Shown here piece by piece: positions 51,751-64,000 of a DNA stretch of 64,000 nucleotides. This stretch comes from Octopus sinensis (lineage: Eukaryota). Made by a program: the position numbers and the translations under genes. Within the stretch, counting starts at the first letter, position 1. Every line of letters begins with the position of its first letter. The notes below the pieces were generated by a model. The model did not search any database. It was not told the DNA's origin and saw only the letters and a program-made list of their open reading frames with translations. The stretch covers positions 41,664,001 through 41,728,000 of the forward strand of contig NC_043010.1 in the NCBI RefSeq assembly GCF_006345805.1. Direction: 5' to 3'.

Positions 51751-52121
51751 TAAAAGAAAGGAAGAATCTGTATATATATATTTATGTATTTATATATTTA
51801 TAATGCCAACGTATTTTCTAAATATTTTTTTTAATATTTTAAAATATTTGCGTATTTTTAAATATTAAATATTTATATGTTCATATACTTGTATGATTTA
51901 GTGCTGTATTATCTGGAACTTTATTTTTGATTTATTAATATCCAGTGAATGTGCACATATATATTGAATAATCTATTGGGTAATAGGTCATGTTCCTCTT
52001 GTTTTTCGCTGGTATTGCCAACATTGAAATCATAAATTGGAAATTAGCTCAATTAGAGCACTTTATTTCTAGACTGTTTCTGAGTATTGGTAATATATAT
52101 ACATGTATATACATATGTATT

Positions 52122-52152
<31 letters not shown>

Positions 52153-52167
52153 ATATATATATATAGA

Positions 52168-52251
<84 letters not shown>

Positions 52252-52252
52252 A

Positions 52253-52299
<47 letters not shown>

Positions 52300-52310
52300 C
52301 ATACACTTAT

Positions 52311-52898
52311 GTGGAGGCGCAATGGCCCAGTGGTTAGGGCAGCGGAATCGCGGTTGTAGGATTGCGGTTTCGATTCCCACCAGGGGGTGGGGTGACGATC
52401 CCTGCTGTACTCTTTCCCTAAAACCTTCTCTCACTGTGATCACGGTGATATATACATAGCGATGTGTAGCAACATCTGATAGCCTGGTCGGTCACGGTGA
52501 CCGACCAGGCTACCAGATGTTGCTACACATCGTTGGTCACAATGTGCTTCGCATTGTTTTAGCCTTCAAATGACTCCACGTATACATATATATGTATATA
52601 TCACCGTGATCACCGTGACCGACCAGGCTATCAGATTTTACTACACATCGCTGGTCACAATGTGCTTCGCATTGTTTTAGCCTTCAAATGACGCCACCCC
52701 GCTGGCTAAGCGAGCAGACCAAAAGAAAGAGTGAGAGAAAGTTGTAGCGAAAGAGTACAGCAGGGATCGCCACCACCCCCTGCCGGAGGCTCGTGGAGCT
52801 TTAGGTGATTTTGTTCAATAAACACTCACAACGCCCGCTCTGGGAATCGAAACCGCAATCCTACAACCGCTTTTCCGCTGCCCTAACCACTGGGCCAT
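52311..52898. mobile_element. Tail-to-tail inverted SINE family C copies with a foldback junction
   Basis: Plus copy from 52311, minus copy ending 52898; 34-bp stem 52460-52532. Confidence 0.85.
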
Positions 52899-52938
52899 TG
52901 TATATATGTATGTATATATATATATATTATATATATAT

Positions 52939-53051
<113 letters not shown>

Positions 53052-53244
53052 TATATATATATAATATTATATATATATATATAGGCTCGAAGGCTCGAAA
53101 CGTTAAAGACTTGTTTTATTTATATTTCCTGAGCGCCATACTAATACAATTGTTCGTTTGTTTTCCACCTGCCTTCGTCTTTTGTTTATTTTCATAAAGC
53201 TTCCCGTTATATATATTATATATATATATATATATACATATAAA

Positions 53245-53460
53245 TTTCTTTACTACCCACAAGGGGCTAAACACAGAGAGGACAAACAAGGACAGACAAA
53301 CGGATTAAGTCGATTATATCAACCCCAGTGCGTAACTGGTACTTATTTAATCGACCCCGAAAGGATGAAGGCAAAGTCGACCTCGGCGGAATTTGAACGT
53401 AGCGGCAGACGAAATACTGCTAAGCATTTCGGTCGGCGTGCTAACGAGTCTGCCAGCTCG
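53245..53460 (-). mobile_element. SINE family A
   Basis: Reverse complement of 4673-4909. Confidence 0.9.
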
Positions 53461-53485
53461 CATATGTATATATGTATATATATAT

Positions 53486-53596
<111 letters not shown>

Positions 53597-53624
53597 CATA
53601 TACATATATATATATATTATATAT

Positions 53625-53656
<32 letters not shown>

Positions 53657-53728
53657 CATTATATATATATATATATATATATATACGTGTGTGTGTGTGT
53701 GTGTGTGTATGTGTGTGTATGAATGTAT

Positions 53729-53774
<46 letters not shown>

Positions 53775-54508
53775 CAGACAGGACAGAGACAGACAGAGAA
53801 CGAGAGAGAACGCACGTACACACACACGCACACACAGACACACACAAACGCACACATACATAGTCTTTAGTGTTTGCCTGTTTGATGTATGTCAAAAGAA
53901 AAAAACCTGATCGCTGTAAATATATCTTCTCTTCCCTTCAACCAATGCAACAATAGTTTTCATTGTATTTTTTATAAAACTGTCAGAGCTAGTAAAAAGA
54001 AAAAGGAAAATAAAAACAGACAACAGCAAACAAAGGATTTAGGCTGTGACATACTCTAAGAGTAAGACACATTTATTTTTAGAATATTTCCTAAACCACG
54101 TTTTATTTGCTTTATTTTTCTATAATATTATATTACTTATTACGTAATTTATAGAAAAATCTTTCCGTGAATGAGTTTCCGGTTTTTGTCATGAATTTTC
54201 AAGCCTAATATTATTTGTTAAGAAGTTCTCTATTATGAAAAGGAATTTAAAGTATTTATTAGAAGTTACGTCTCAAAAAATATACGATATATATAAAATG
54301 TTAGAAATGATGTTTAGAAGGATATTAGAAATGTCCTAGTGCAAAAAGTTATATTTTATAACATGATATCATCTATCCATATAAATGTGAATTTTCCCGA
54401 AAAATTCCAAGTCATAATTTCTTATCGTTTATAAAACAATTAATTGTCGATTGAATATTTAAAATTAGGACAGACACACATACACATGCGCACACACACA
54501 CATATATA

Positions 54509-54542
<34 letters not shown>

Positions 54543-54598
54543 AATGATATCTATTATCTATCTATCTATCTATCTATATCTATATCTATATATATATA

Positions 54599-54663
<65 letters not shown>

Positions 54664-54704
54664 TACATACATATATATATATATATATAGTATTAATAAA
54701 AATC

Positions 54705-54920
54705 TATAAATTCAACAGGTCTCAGTAAATACATTTGGGACCGTCAATCTAGATCTATTAAATATAAATTAACTTGGGAGATTATTTGTAGGGCTAAATC
54801 ATATTGTATAGGGAGTAATTATTGCTCATTGTGTAATAATGAATTCAAAGAAATATTATTTAATAACAATTATGTGCTGGTAAACCCATTGGAGGAACGT
54901 AAAATTTAATTGTAAACATA
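54705..54920 (+). mobile_element. Penelope-like GIY-YIG C-terminal remnant
   Basis: TGLSKYIWD..TWEIICRAKSY..CSLCNNE..LVNPLEE..CKH. Confidence 0.8.
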
Positions 54921-55537
54921 CATGAAATTACCTATATAATAGGTTTAGCTAATAAATAAATGATTATATAAATTTATTAAGGTATATTAATCATAGTAAT
55001 ATAAATTAATTTAAATATAATATATATATTTTACATATTTATTATTTAGACTTTAAATTTATGATAAATAGTCATTTAAAATTAAATGTTAACATAAATT
55101 TATTTACCTGTATAATACGTTTAACTTATTTTTCCATATGTACAAAACATTATTTCTTTCTATGTTATTTATTTCTTGTAGATATAATTTAATAGTATTA
55201 GAATATAATTTACTATATTATTATATATTATATTAATATATTTGAATAATTTTAAACTTAGATATTTCCTAATACATAAATGATTATATATAATTTTATT
55301 AAGACCTATTAGTTATAGTAATATAAATTAATTTAATATTATATGTATATTTTACGTAATAATTATTTGAAACTTAATTTATAGTATACAGTCATTTATA
55401 GTTCTTTTGTTATTCTATTTTTCTTTAATTCATGAAGCTTGAATATCTTTCGTCTTTTTCACTTATAAATATTTTTCGTCATTTTCATTGATAATTTTAT
55501 TCTATTTTATTTTTACACAGCGTCTTCACGAGTTTAA

Positions 55538-55920
55538 TCTCTCTATATATAAAACTGAGAATGTGTGTGTGTGTGTCTGTCTGTCTGTCTGTGTGCTTCC
55601 CTAAAACTTGAGAACTACACAACCAATTTCATTCAAATTTTATACATGTCTTAATTAGGGTCCAAGGAGTGTCATGAGCAAAAAAGTTTTTTAAACTTCT
55701 TGCCTAAGGCGAGCCCATAGCAATATCATAGCTTCTCCACTATGAATCCCTAAAACTTGAGAACTACACAACCAATTTCATTCAAATTTTACACATGCCT
55801 TACTTTGTAGTGTCATGGGCAAATAAATGTTTAACTTCTTGCCTAGGGCGAGCCCACAGCAATATCACATCTTCTCCACTATTTCAGTATTACGTGTTAA
55901 AAGTGAAAAAAAAGCATCTC
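55538..55920 (+). mobile_element. Non-autonomous Helitron 5' part with internal duplication
   Basis: A|TC..tatatataaaactg start like 5146-5669; cctaaaacttgagaactacacaacc repeated at ~55600 and ~55749. Confidence 0.7.
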
Positions 55921-55964
55921 TCTATTGTATGTATAGTCACTCGAAGAACTCAGAAAGGCAAGAA

Positions 55965-56820
55965 ATAAAACCCAACTGACTTCCAGACGCTGTGCAAATA
56001 GGTATTGGCAGGAAATCTGTCAGAGTATCATGTCAGCTGCTGACAGTGGCGACACCCGTGGGATGTATGCCGATTTGAAGAAGGCCCTCGGTCCATCCGC
56101 AACCAAGTCAGCCCCTCTGAAATCAACTACTGGAGATCTCATCAAGGACCAAAGCAAGCAAATGGATACATGGGTGGAGTACTACCAGGATCTGTACTCA
56201 CGGGGTCCACGGTAGCTGAGGTTGCAATCGAGGGTGTCAAGATCTTTCCAGTCATGTATGAACTTAACAGTCTGCCATCTATAGCAGAGCTAACCAAAGC
56301 TATTGACTCTCTAGCAAGTAACAAGGCTCCGGAAAGAGACCTCATCCCCTTAGAGATCATCAAAACTGGCAAAAACACCATCCTGCTTCGGCACCTTCAT
56401 GAGCTTCTGTGTCAGTGCTGGGAAGAGGATACAATCCCTCGGGATATGCGGGATGCTAACATCATTACGCTTTACAAAAACAAAGGTGACCGTGGTGATT
56501 GTAACAATTGCCGTGGAATATCTCTTCTAAGCACTGTTCGAAAGGCCTTTGCTCACATTATCCTGTCCAGGCTACAACTGCTTGTTTCTCGAATTTATCC
56601 AGAATCGCAGTGTGACTTTAGAAGAAGCAGATCAACTATTGACATAATATTCTCCATACGCCAACTTCAGGAGAAGTCCAGAGACCAGAAAATGCCATTA
56701 TATTTGCCTTCATTGATCGGACAAAGGCCTTTGACTTGTTAAGTAGAAAAGGTCTCTTCATCCTGCCCCAAAAAATCGGATGTCCACCAAAGCTGAGGAT
56801 CATCAGAGCTCGCTCTGGGC
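55965..56820 (+). mobile_element. RTE-clade LINE fragment
   Basis: KAPERDLIPLE, DANIITLYKNKGDRGDCNNCRGISLLS, PESQCDFR, RQLQEK, KAFD. Confidence 0.95.
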
Positions 56821-57344
56821 GCCATTGGACTGACTGTCCAAGGCTACGACACCACAGTCAGCGCTATTGGCTAGAAAGAAAGAAAGAAAGAATTTCAATT
56901 ATATATAGTGAACTATAGCGCGAAGGCAGCATAAAAAAAACAACCCTTCGTCAGTTGTTGGCAGTTTTACCTACTCCGCATTGCAACGAGATGCGTCTTC
57001 ATCAAAGCAATTGCTCCCCTAAAGCAAATTAAATAAAATTTGAGATACGTGGAACGTCAAAACTGCAAACAAAAACAGGACAGTGAAAACATTCGGTATG
57101 GGCTGTTTAACTCTAACGAGGTGAAGTGGTGAACGCTGGAGAAAAAAAGCTTTGGCAAGAGACAGACAAGAATGCGTCTTATAGTTATAAGCTGAACGAG
57201 AAGATAAAGAATTACGTTTAGAAATAGAGATCTATAATTATTGAGGTGCTCCAGCATGGCCACAGTCACGTGACTGAAACAAGTAAAAGAGTAAAGAGTA
57301 ATATATATATATATGTATTACAAATGAAAGACAGAAGATGGAAT

Positions 57345-58420
57345 ATACAAGAATTTATTGTTAAATACGACAATTGTTTCGACACATCTAGCATCGATCC
57401 CTCTTGAGTGGGACACTCAACAACTGGTTCAGGAGCATCCGGTAGCGCAGATGCATCTTGTAAGGTGATAAATAAATAAAAACAACTCGTTAAAATGACT
57501 ATTCCACAATGTAGCTTACCGTTTTGTAGAGAGAAAAACAGCTAGACGGAGGAAAAACCTTCATATATATAGAAGATCAAAAATAAAATTGCGGATGACA
57601 AAAAGAGAAACGATCACGTAATCCAGCGAGAAAAGTATTCAAAATAACCATTAACAGATATGGATGTATAAACGCCCTCGGGCAAGCTGCATAGCACGAG
57701 TACACATGCTCACACAAGCATCATCAAAATGTGAGCATACGCACACGCGAGGTTTGGTGCACTCCTGATCACAAAAGGAGCTAGTTATTTACTTGGTGTT
57801 TATAAGAATGGGGAGGTTAAAAATGAACGTAAGTCATCCATACCTTAAAGTAAATTAAATTACATTAAGTTAACGGTTACTCAAAGTTCATTCTCACTGC
57901 ATTGTGCAAAAATACATTTATATGAATGCAGGCATCTCGATAGTCGTTCAGAAATTCTATTAAGTATCTTCTCGTTAGTCTACAGAATAGACAGGTTTCC
58001 TCGGAGCTGAGACGGCATCTCCTGGAAATTATATTGTATGGTTTTGCATGTCTAATTATGGACCAATTAATGTTGTGCTTCGTTTTACTTTCCTTCACTC
58101 GCCATATAAAACCTGCCAAAGATGTTGAATGTTTCTTATTGACTGACTTAAAGCTGGCAACATGGTTACGATAACGATTCTTAAATGAATCAGCTGTCTG
58201 CCCATTGTAAACATAGGGCCCTCCCCCTTGTGTGCACGGTACATTTATATATAAGCTTTGTACACATACAGAAATTTATCAAAGGACATTTTGATTTATT
58301 TCTGCATGAGCATTTATCGTATTTATTTGTATATAAGGCAATTCCGACTCCATTTATCGGCTTTGTTATCGTGCTAGCTGTACTTTGAGTATTTCTACTG
58401 CTACAAATTGGTCGAAGCTG
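57345..58420 (-). mobile_element. Penelope-like element 3' part (GIY-YIG plus 3' UTR with decayed hammerhead)
   Basis: CSCRNKSKCPL..C..LIYKCTV, LAGFIW..NWSII..AKPYN..RC; GAAAC-AATT-GTC at 57365-57412. Confidence 0.8.
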
Positions 58421-58499
58421 ATATTTATCAATGCGGTCATTTTTGATAACACTTAAATGAAGATCCTCTTTTCCATTCAAGTTGGGGAATGTAACTTTG

Positions 58500-60125
58500 G
58501 CCTAGAACTGATTTCATTAGACGCAATCCAACGATCATCAGATATTTCGAGCCTGAAACGTAACACCTTCCCGTTTTCGCCTCAATTCTCCCCTCTTGCT
58601 CTGTAACCAACAAGAGCATCTTTCTGCTGCCTCTCCCATTTCAGGCACAGATAACTTTTGCTCTCTTCCTCTCGTTCCAATACTATTGATCCTTCTCCAT
58701 TTGACTGTGCCGGGAGTCCCCAACAGCTAACTTCCACTTAGAATATCCATGATTGCCGTCCTTCGAATATCCGTGGTTGCAACTATAGAATATTCATGAT
58801 TGCCGTCCTTCCTGCAATCCCGCTGAAGATTCTCGTACTTGACACGCTACCATTCAAAGGCTTAATCGCAAACCTCTTCGCACGGGACTATGAGCTCGAT
58901 CAAGATTTTCTTTGCCTTTTCTGATCACAAAACTACATCTGGCCTCAGTGTTGTCTGGATGACCGGGAAAAACTAGCCTCTACTTTTATATACCATAATT
59001 GAACTTCATGGTGTAGACTGTTTGTAATTTTTGCTGTCCTCATCGCCTTCTTTCCTTCCTTCACAAACTTGATTGCTTATGTTTTTCATCCTCTTGATGG
59101 TGTCTGTTGAGTCCTGTTTTAGGGTGTAATCGAGAGTTGCAAGAACCTTATCATGGCTCCTCTTGTATCTCATTTGAGTAAGTGCTATTTTGTATGCTGT
59201 CAAGATGTGTGCCAGAATGTCCAATCTTTCTCAAAGTCTACACAGCTGGTTCCTTTCAAACCCCATCTGCACAAGTTTTTTGACGTTAGGAGTATGTCAT
59301 ACATCGCCCACATTAGGAAGGCGGTGCAGAAATGTCCCGGTCTCCACAGGTCTATTCATGTGACCTTCTTGGGAGATCCCATTTAGTCTAGGCTTCCTGT
59401 GATACCAGTTTCACAGCTCCTAATCTTCATCTTTCTTCCTCATGGTGTCATACTTCTGCCTGTGTCATGGCTTCCTTGGTATTTGCCTTCTTCCATCGTT
59501 GTAAATGTGAAGAAAAACTGAAACCCTGCCGTCTCGTCCTGAGCTTGTAATTCTAATGATATCGCGTAGTGTCAGCATGTTTTCAGTCTGTGCGACTATG
59601 GTGCCGGCTACCCACTTGCACTCTGAACATGTAATGATACTTGGATGTCTGACAAGTTCATTCTATATCATTACAACTCTAAACTTCGCTACCTTGAATC
59701 CCTCCATTATCGGTGACAGAGAAAGTTGGAGCTGTCCAGGTCTCATGTATAGGCCTATTGAAGTGCGACTTGTAGAGACATCCAACCACCTTCGGAGATA
59801 TTTGTTTATTACTCTTTCCACTCTTTTTAGTCTAGTCACTGGAATCTCATAGACAGTCAATAACCGCAGAAGTCTTGTGAGCAGACCTTGTTGATAGAGT
59901 CATGCCTTGTATTTTCCTGGAAGTCCTGGTATTGCCATCTTTTTTCAGTCACCCTTCTGCCTGCTTCTCAGTATCAATGGTATTCTGTTAGAAAGTGAAT
60001 TGTTAGACATTCCCAAGGCATTTGATTGGATTTTCTTCTGTTGATTGAATAGATTCTCCTTGCACTTGGTACTGTTAAATGATTTGAACCTTCTGATCAT
60101 CATACGCCAAGATTTCGCAGACTCA
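58500..60125 (-). mobile_element. Hero-like (R2 superclade, RLE) LINE 3' half, decayed
   Basis: LAHIL..KIALTQMRYKRSHDKVL, TTLRPDVVL..KILIELIVPCEE, RRWLDV. Confidence 0.85.
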
Positions 60126-60227
60126 TTTGGCTTATTTTTTTATTCTAGCCTATGTTGTCATGTATGCAAGTGAAGTCAAGTACCCATTGCCCCTGCACAT
60201 AGGTTGTGGTTATCACACACACGCACG

Positions 60228-60267
<40 letters not shown>

Positions 60268-60458
60268 ACACACACACACACACACACATATCTATATATC
60301 TATATCTATATCTATATCTATATATATTTACTAACGCATTTATTTTTGTTTTACATGTTTACTTTCATATCAAGAAGAAGGAAACAAGCAGCGACAAGTA
60401 AAGAAAATTGGAAGAAAAAAATTACAACGGAACTGAAATCTAAAATATATCCTTCGGA

Positions 60459-60705
60459 ATGGATGGGCTCCATCGTAACAACCTGTTCGTTAAATTCTTT
60501 CACGTAACGTTCCTTCTCGCCGTAATCATTATTAGTTTACAAATAACATCGATTAGAGCGCAGAGCGAGAGTAACAAAACATGGGGTGATTTTCCAGATG
60601 CTTCAACCAATCTTCCACCATTAGAGTATTCATTCGAAGGACTAGGTGCTTATTTCAAATTCTCAAGATCATTTGTTTACAACTCTTTGAAACTTGATCC
60701 TCTAG
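60459..60705 (+). CDS. PROM1: Prominin-like glycoprotein, first coding exon (signal peptide plus N-terminal extracellular start)
   Basis: Signal peptide, then KTWGDFPDASTN..EGLGAYFKFSRSFVY..DPL, resembling the prominin W..P.TN..G.G..F..F.Y..P motif (recalled, not searched); phase-1 donor TAG|gtaagt; TACTAAC at 60329 and acceptor AG at 60373-60374. Confidence 0.75.
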
Positions 60706-60711
60706 GTAAGT

Positions 60712-60761
60712 ACTACAACTACTACTACTACTACTCTACTACTACCACCACCACCACCACC

Positions 60762-60808
<47 letters not shown>

Positions 60809-60821
60809 AACTACTACTACG

Positions 60822-60865
<44 letters not shown>

Positions 60866-60885
60866 CACTACTACTACTACTACTA
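60712..60885. repeat. (ACT)n/(ACC)n microsatellite at the 5' end of the intron
   Basis: Direct reading. Confidence 0.95.
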
Positions 60886-61089
60886 AAGCTTAGACTTCCT
60901 CAAGATTTGTAAAAACGACGAAATGCAATTTGTATGTCGTGAAAATGGTGGATAGCCTTTTGTTGTTTTCAATTCACTTAGTAATGTGAACAAGTGTTGT
61001 GAGCAATGTTAATAATAGAGAAAGGCAATTACAAATGATATCCGTTTGGGCCTCTCTGAAACTGTCTACAAATCACAATGAAGCCTTTC

Positions 61090-61500
61090 CTTGTTAGACA
61101 CATGATATGTACGTACGTGTGTATGTATGTATGTACGTACGTATGTATGTATGTATGTATGTATGTATGTATGTATGTATGTATGTATGTATGTATGTAT
61201 GTATGTATGTATGTATGTATGTATGTATGTATGTATGTATGTCATTGTTTAGTATTATTTCAAGATTTCTTGCCAATAAAAAGAACAGGATTCTAACCTA
61301 GATTCAAGGCGTCTTCATTGAAATTTCAACATCAACAAGAGGGTAATTTTGTTTGAATGTATGTATGTATGTATGTATGTATGTATGTATGTATGTATGT
61401 ATGTATGTATGAATGTATGTATGTATGTATGTATGTATGAATGTATGTATGAATGTATGTATGTATGTATGTATGTATGTATGTATGCATGTATGTATGT
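61090..61500. repeat. Two (GTAT)n microsatellite blocks
   Basis: Direct reading; (CATA)n blocks also at 19290-19445 and 47090-47157. Confidence 0.95.
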
Positions 61501-62419
61501 GTGTATATGTGCAGATTTGTATGTTTTGCTTTATGTATGTATTCTCATGCATATAGTTGCATATCTAGACCATGCTCTTATATATTTAAATGCTAAACTT
61601 TTGGAAAGTTTCACAGATTTTTACAGTTTCAGCCAGCGATGGAATGGATCTGTAGTCTTCGAATTAGCTTTCTCCTTTCTGGTTTTGAGAATCCTAATTT
61701 CTGGTTTTGAGAATCCTAATTGCTGCCATAATTGTAAACTTTATCATATTTTTCAATACAGACCTGTTTGTTTTACTTGCTGTTGATGGATGGCATGTGA
61801 TTTGCTAAATAGCGTCACAGAGAAACTGTTTGCTTGGAATATACATCTGCGATACTGTATTTTATCAGTGACAATACACCTGGCTCAAGACGAAGTAGGA
61901 CAGCTATGGTTTTGGTTATGCTCTCTACAACTTTAGTAAATCGAAGGGCTTCTAGCATTCACGAGTAGGGAAAAGAGTTAAGACCAGGTTCCTACTATGC
62001 TGCTGCACCTCTGGCAATACAGTTCTTGTTTATGGACAATTGCTCAACACACTCTGAAACACCCTTCTTCTCAGTTGCTTGTTCTGTTGTGATGACATTA
62101 TTTACACAAATAGTCTTGGAGGAATAAGTTTAAAGAGGTTATATAAATTTTATACATTAAGTTCAGGCATGCAGTTAGCCGGTAATTCTGTTTTAGGAGA
62201 CCAGTTTCATTTCTGCCAGAGTTAACCAGTGTGGTATACTAATATACCCATAGAGAGTTTGTTTACATAAGATAGAGCTGGTAAAGGTCATCTTCTTGTA
62301 TCAGTATCTAACAATCAAGTTTTACTTGGCGCATTTCCACTCTAAAGTTTTTAAATTACTCTCGCAGGATCATCCCTATTGACGCAGAATGCATTGGTTA
62401 TAATGCAGAAATAATAGTT

Positions 62420-62878
62420 AATTTCCCGAAAAATTTCTTATTTACTTTTGCAACGGTTTTGTGATTTTGTGGTTGCTAACGGCTTTTTTTTCTGGTTCCT
62501 TCGATACTGGCTCTTTGGTTCACCAAGTGGAAAATTTCGCTTCAACCCATGCAAGTCTTTATTTTCCGTGAAAATTTCTTATTTACCTTCTCATCGTCAT
62601 ATTAAGAAATATAATTTCCGTTACCCATTGTTTTCTATCTTCTGCACCCGAGTATTTCTGTATATGTATATAACCATGCCTAGAAGGAAAGTGTCAAATT
62701 CGTCTACAATATCAAGGTCAGCCTAAATAATGTCCCTAAGTGTACGGATTTAAGTGAAACTTTTGAAGTTACTTCTGACAGTAAATTATGAACTTACTTT
62801 TATCAGTAATTCTTCCCCCCCCCAATAAAAAAAAACACAAAACGTTGCAAAAGTAAATAAGAAATTTGTAGGAAAATT
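62420..62878. mobile_element. MITE with ~33-45 bp TIRs
   Basis: aaatttcttatttacttttgcaacg(g)ttttgtg at 62431-62463 and its inverse at 62836-62867. Confidence 0.75.
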
Positions 62879-63035
62879 CAACGAAGTGTATGGATTGAAG
62901 TGAAATTTATTAAATTACTTCTGTCAGTAACTAATGTATGAAATTACTTTCATCAGTAATTGTGAACTTCTTTCTGTAAGTAATTTGTTGTTATTGTTTT
63001 GTAAATAGCGATTGAAAACTTAGTGAAAACAATAC

Positions 63036-63104
<69 letters not shown>

Positions 63105-63734
63105 GAGCACTAGCTTGTTAGCTAGTTTAGTTAGACAAATAAGATAAATGTAAAGAAGATATAGACAGATAGATACTGAGATAGATAGATAGACAGATGT
63201 AGGCATATAGATGGATAGAAATGGACAGACATATAGACAGAGAGATATAGACGTCATTGACACTAGAAAACGAGGTAAATATTCTAAAAAACTTTCAAAG
63301 ATGTGAATGTTAAATAAAAAGCAATATTCTTTATTTTTAATTTAAAAAATCAAATGAAGAGCCTAACATATGTCCGAGGTTAAATTATTCACGCATCACG
63401 AGTATGGAAGCAATTGGTGAAGCCGTTTTCGCGTGAAAAATGAATACACACATATCTCTATTTTATATATTAGAGGAGATTGTGATAATGTTTTTGATAA
63501 ATGGGTGCAAGGGAGACAACAAATTTCTGACAGTTACTTAGCAACGTAACCCAGTAACGGGTATTTTCTGCCCCCAGGGGCCCCATTACTTATCGTAAAA
63601 AAAATTAAGTGCCTAAAACAACCCCTAGAACATAAGTAATGTATGTTCACAGTTTGGAGAAAATCAGTTGAAAAACGCGGCCTTTATAATATTTTACACA
63701 TACACACACAGAACGGGATTTATATTATAGGTTA

Positions 63735-64000
63735 TACATTTTGAACTCATACCTGGTGTTACTCAGTTCGTTTGGGAGTGGGATCAGTACTATGCAAAAG
63801 AGTAATAGGGAGAGTGAGTTACCCTGAAAAATGCCTAATTTGATGTTGATGCTGTTGGATTGGCTTATCCCATTACTATGGTTTAGAAGGAGATGTGCAT
63901 TCCACTTGGTCATGCTACCTTGTTTTTGGTAGAAGGTGTATTGTTCCTTCAGCCAGCCGGGCAGGTATTTGCTCTGGGTTCTGGATGACACCAGTCAGGG
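63735..64000 (-). mobile_element. R4/Dong-like LINE RT fragment running off the window
   Basis: INIKLGIFQGNSLSLLLFCIVLIPL. Confidence 0.85.

Noticed and set aside
54720-55450. Possible mitochondrial control-region NUMT
   Set aside because: The first part translates as a PLE GIY-YIG C-terminus; no mitochondrial gene or tRNA seen

Overview
AT-rich, repeat-dense eukaryotic DNA. The SINE, Penelope, R4/Dong and Hero families and the microsatellite load suggest an octopod cephalopod (inference). Most ORFs in the track are microsatellite or transposon artefacts. Two host genes can be read by hand. (1) A minus-strand spliced gene, mostly missed by the ORF track. It has a signal-peptide exon (30845-30773) and two phase 1-1 PAN/Apple-domain exons (25119-24868, 20867-20637). 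These are followed by a probable S/T/P linker exon, two phase-compatible exons of an unrecognised ~90 aa module, and a terminal exon with a GPI-signal-like tail and two AATAAA signals (326 aa model). A decayed third PAN exon lies just upstream of its ATG. (2) The first coding exon of a plus-strand prominin-like gene (60459-60705) with a TACTAAC branch point; a candidate CCAAT/CpG-rich promoter and non-coding exon lies near 37.3 kb. The rest is nested mobile DNA: Penelope-like elements with decayed hammerhead motifs, a young direct-repeat-bounded non-autonomous element, Tx1/L1, RTE, CR1, R4/Dong and Hero LINE fragments, Tc1/mariner, hAT and other MITEs, Helitrons, and four tRNA-derived SINE families. 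All calls are by eye; no database searches were run, and boundaries of decayed repeats are approximate.
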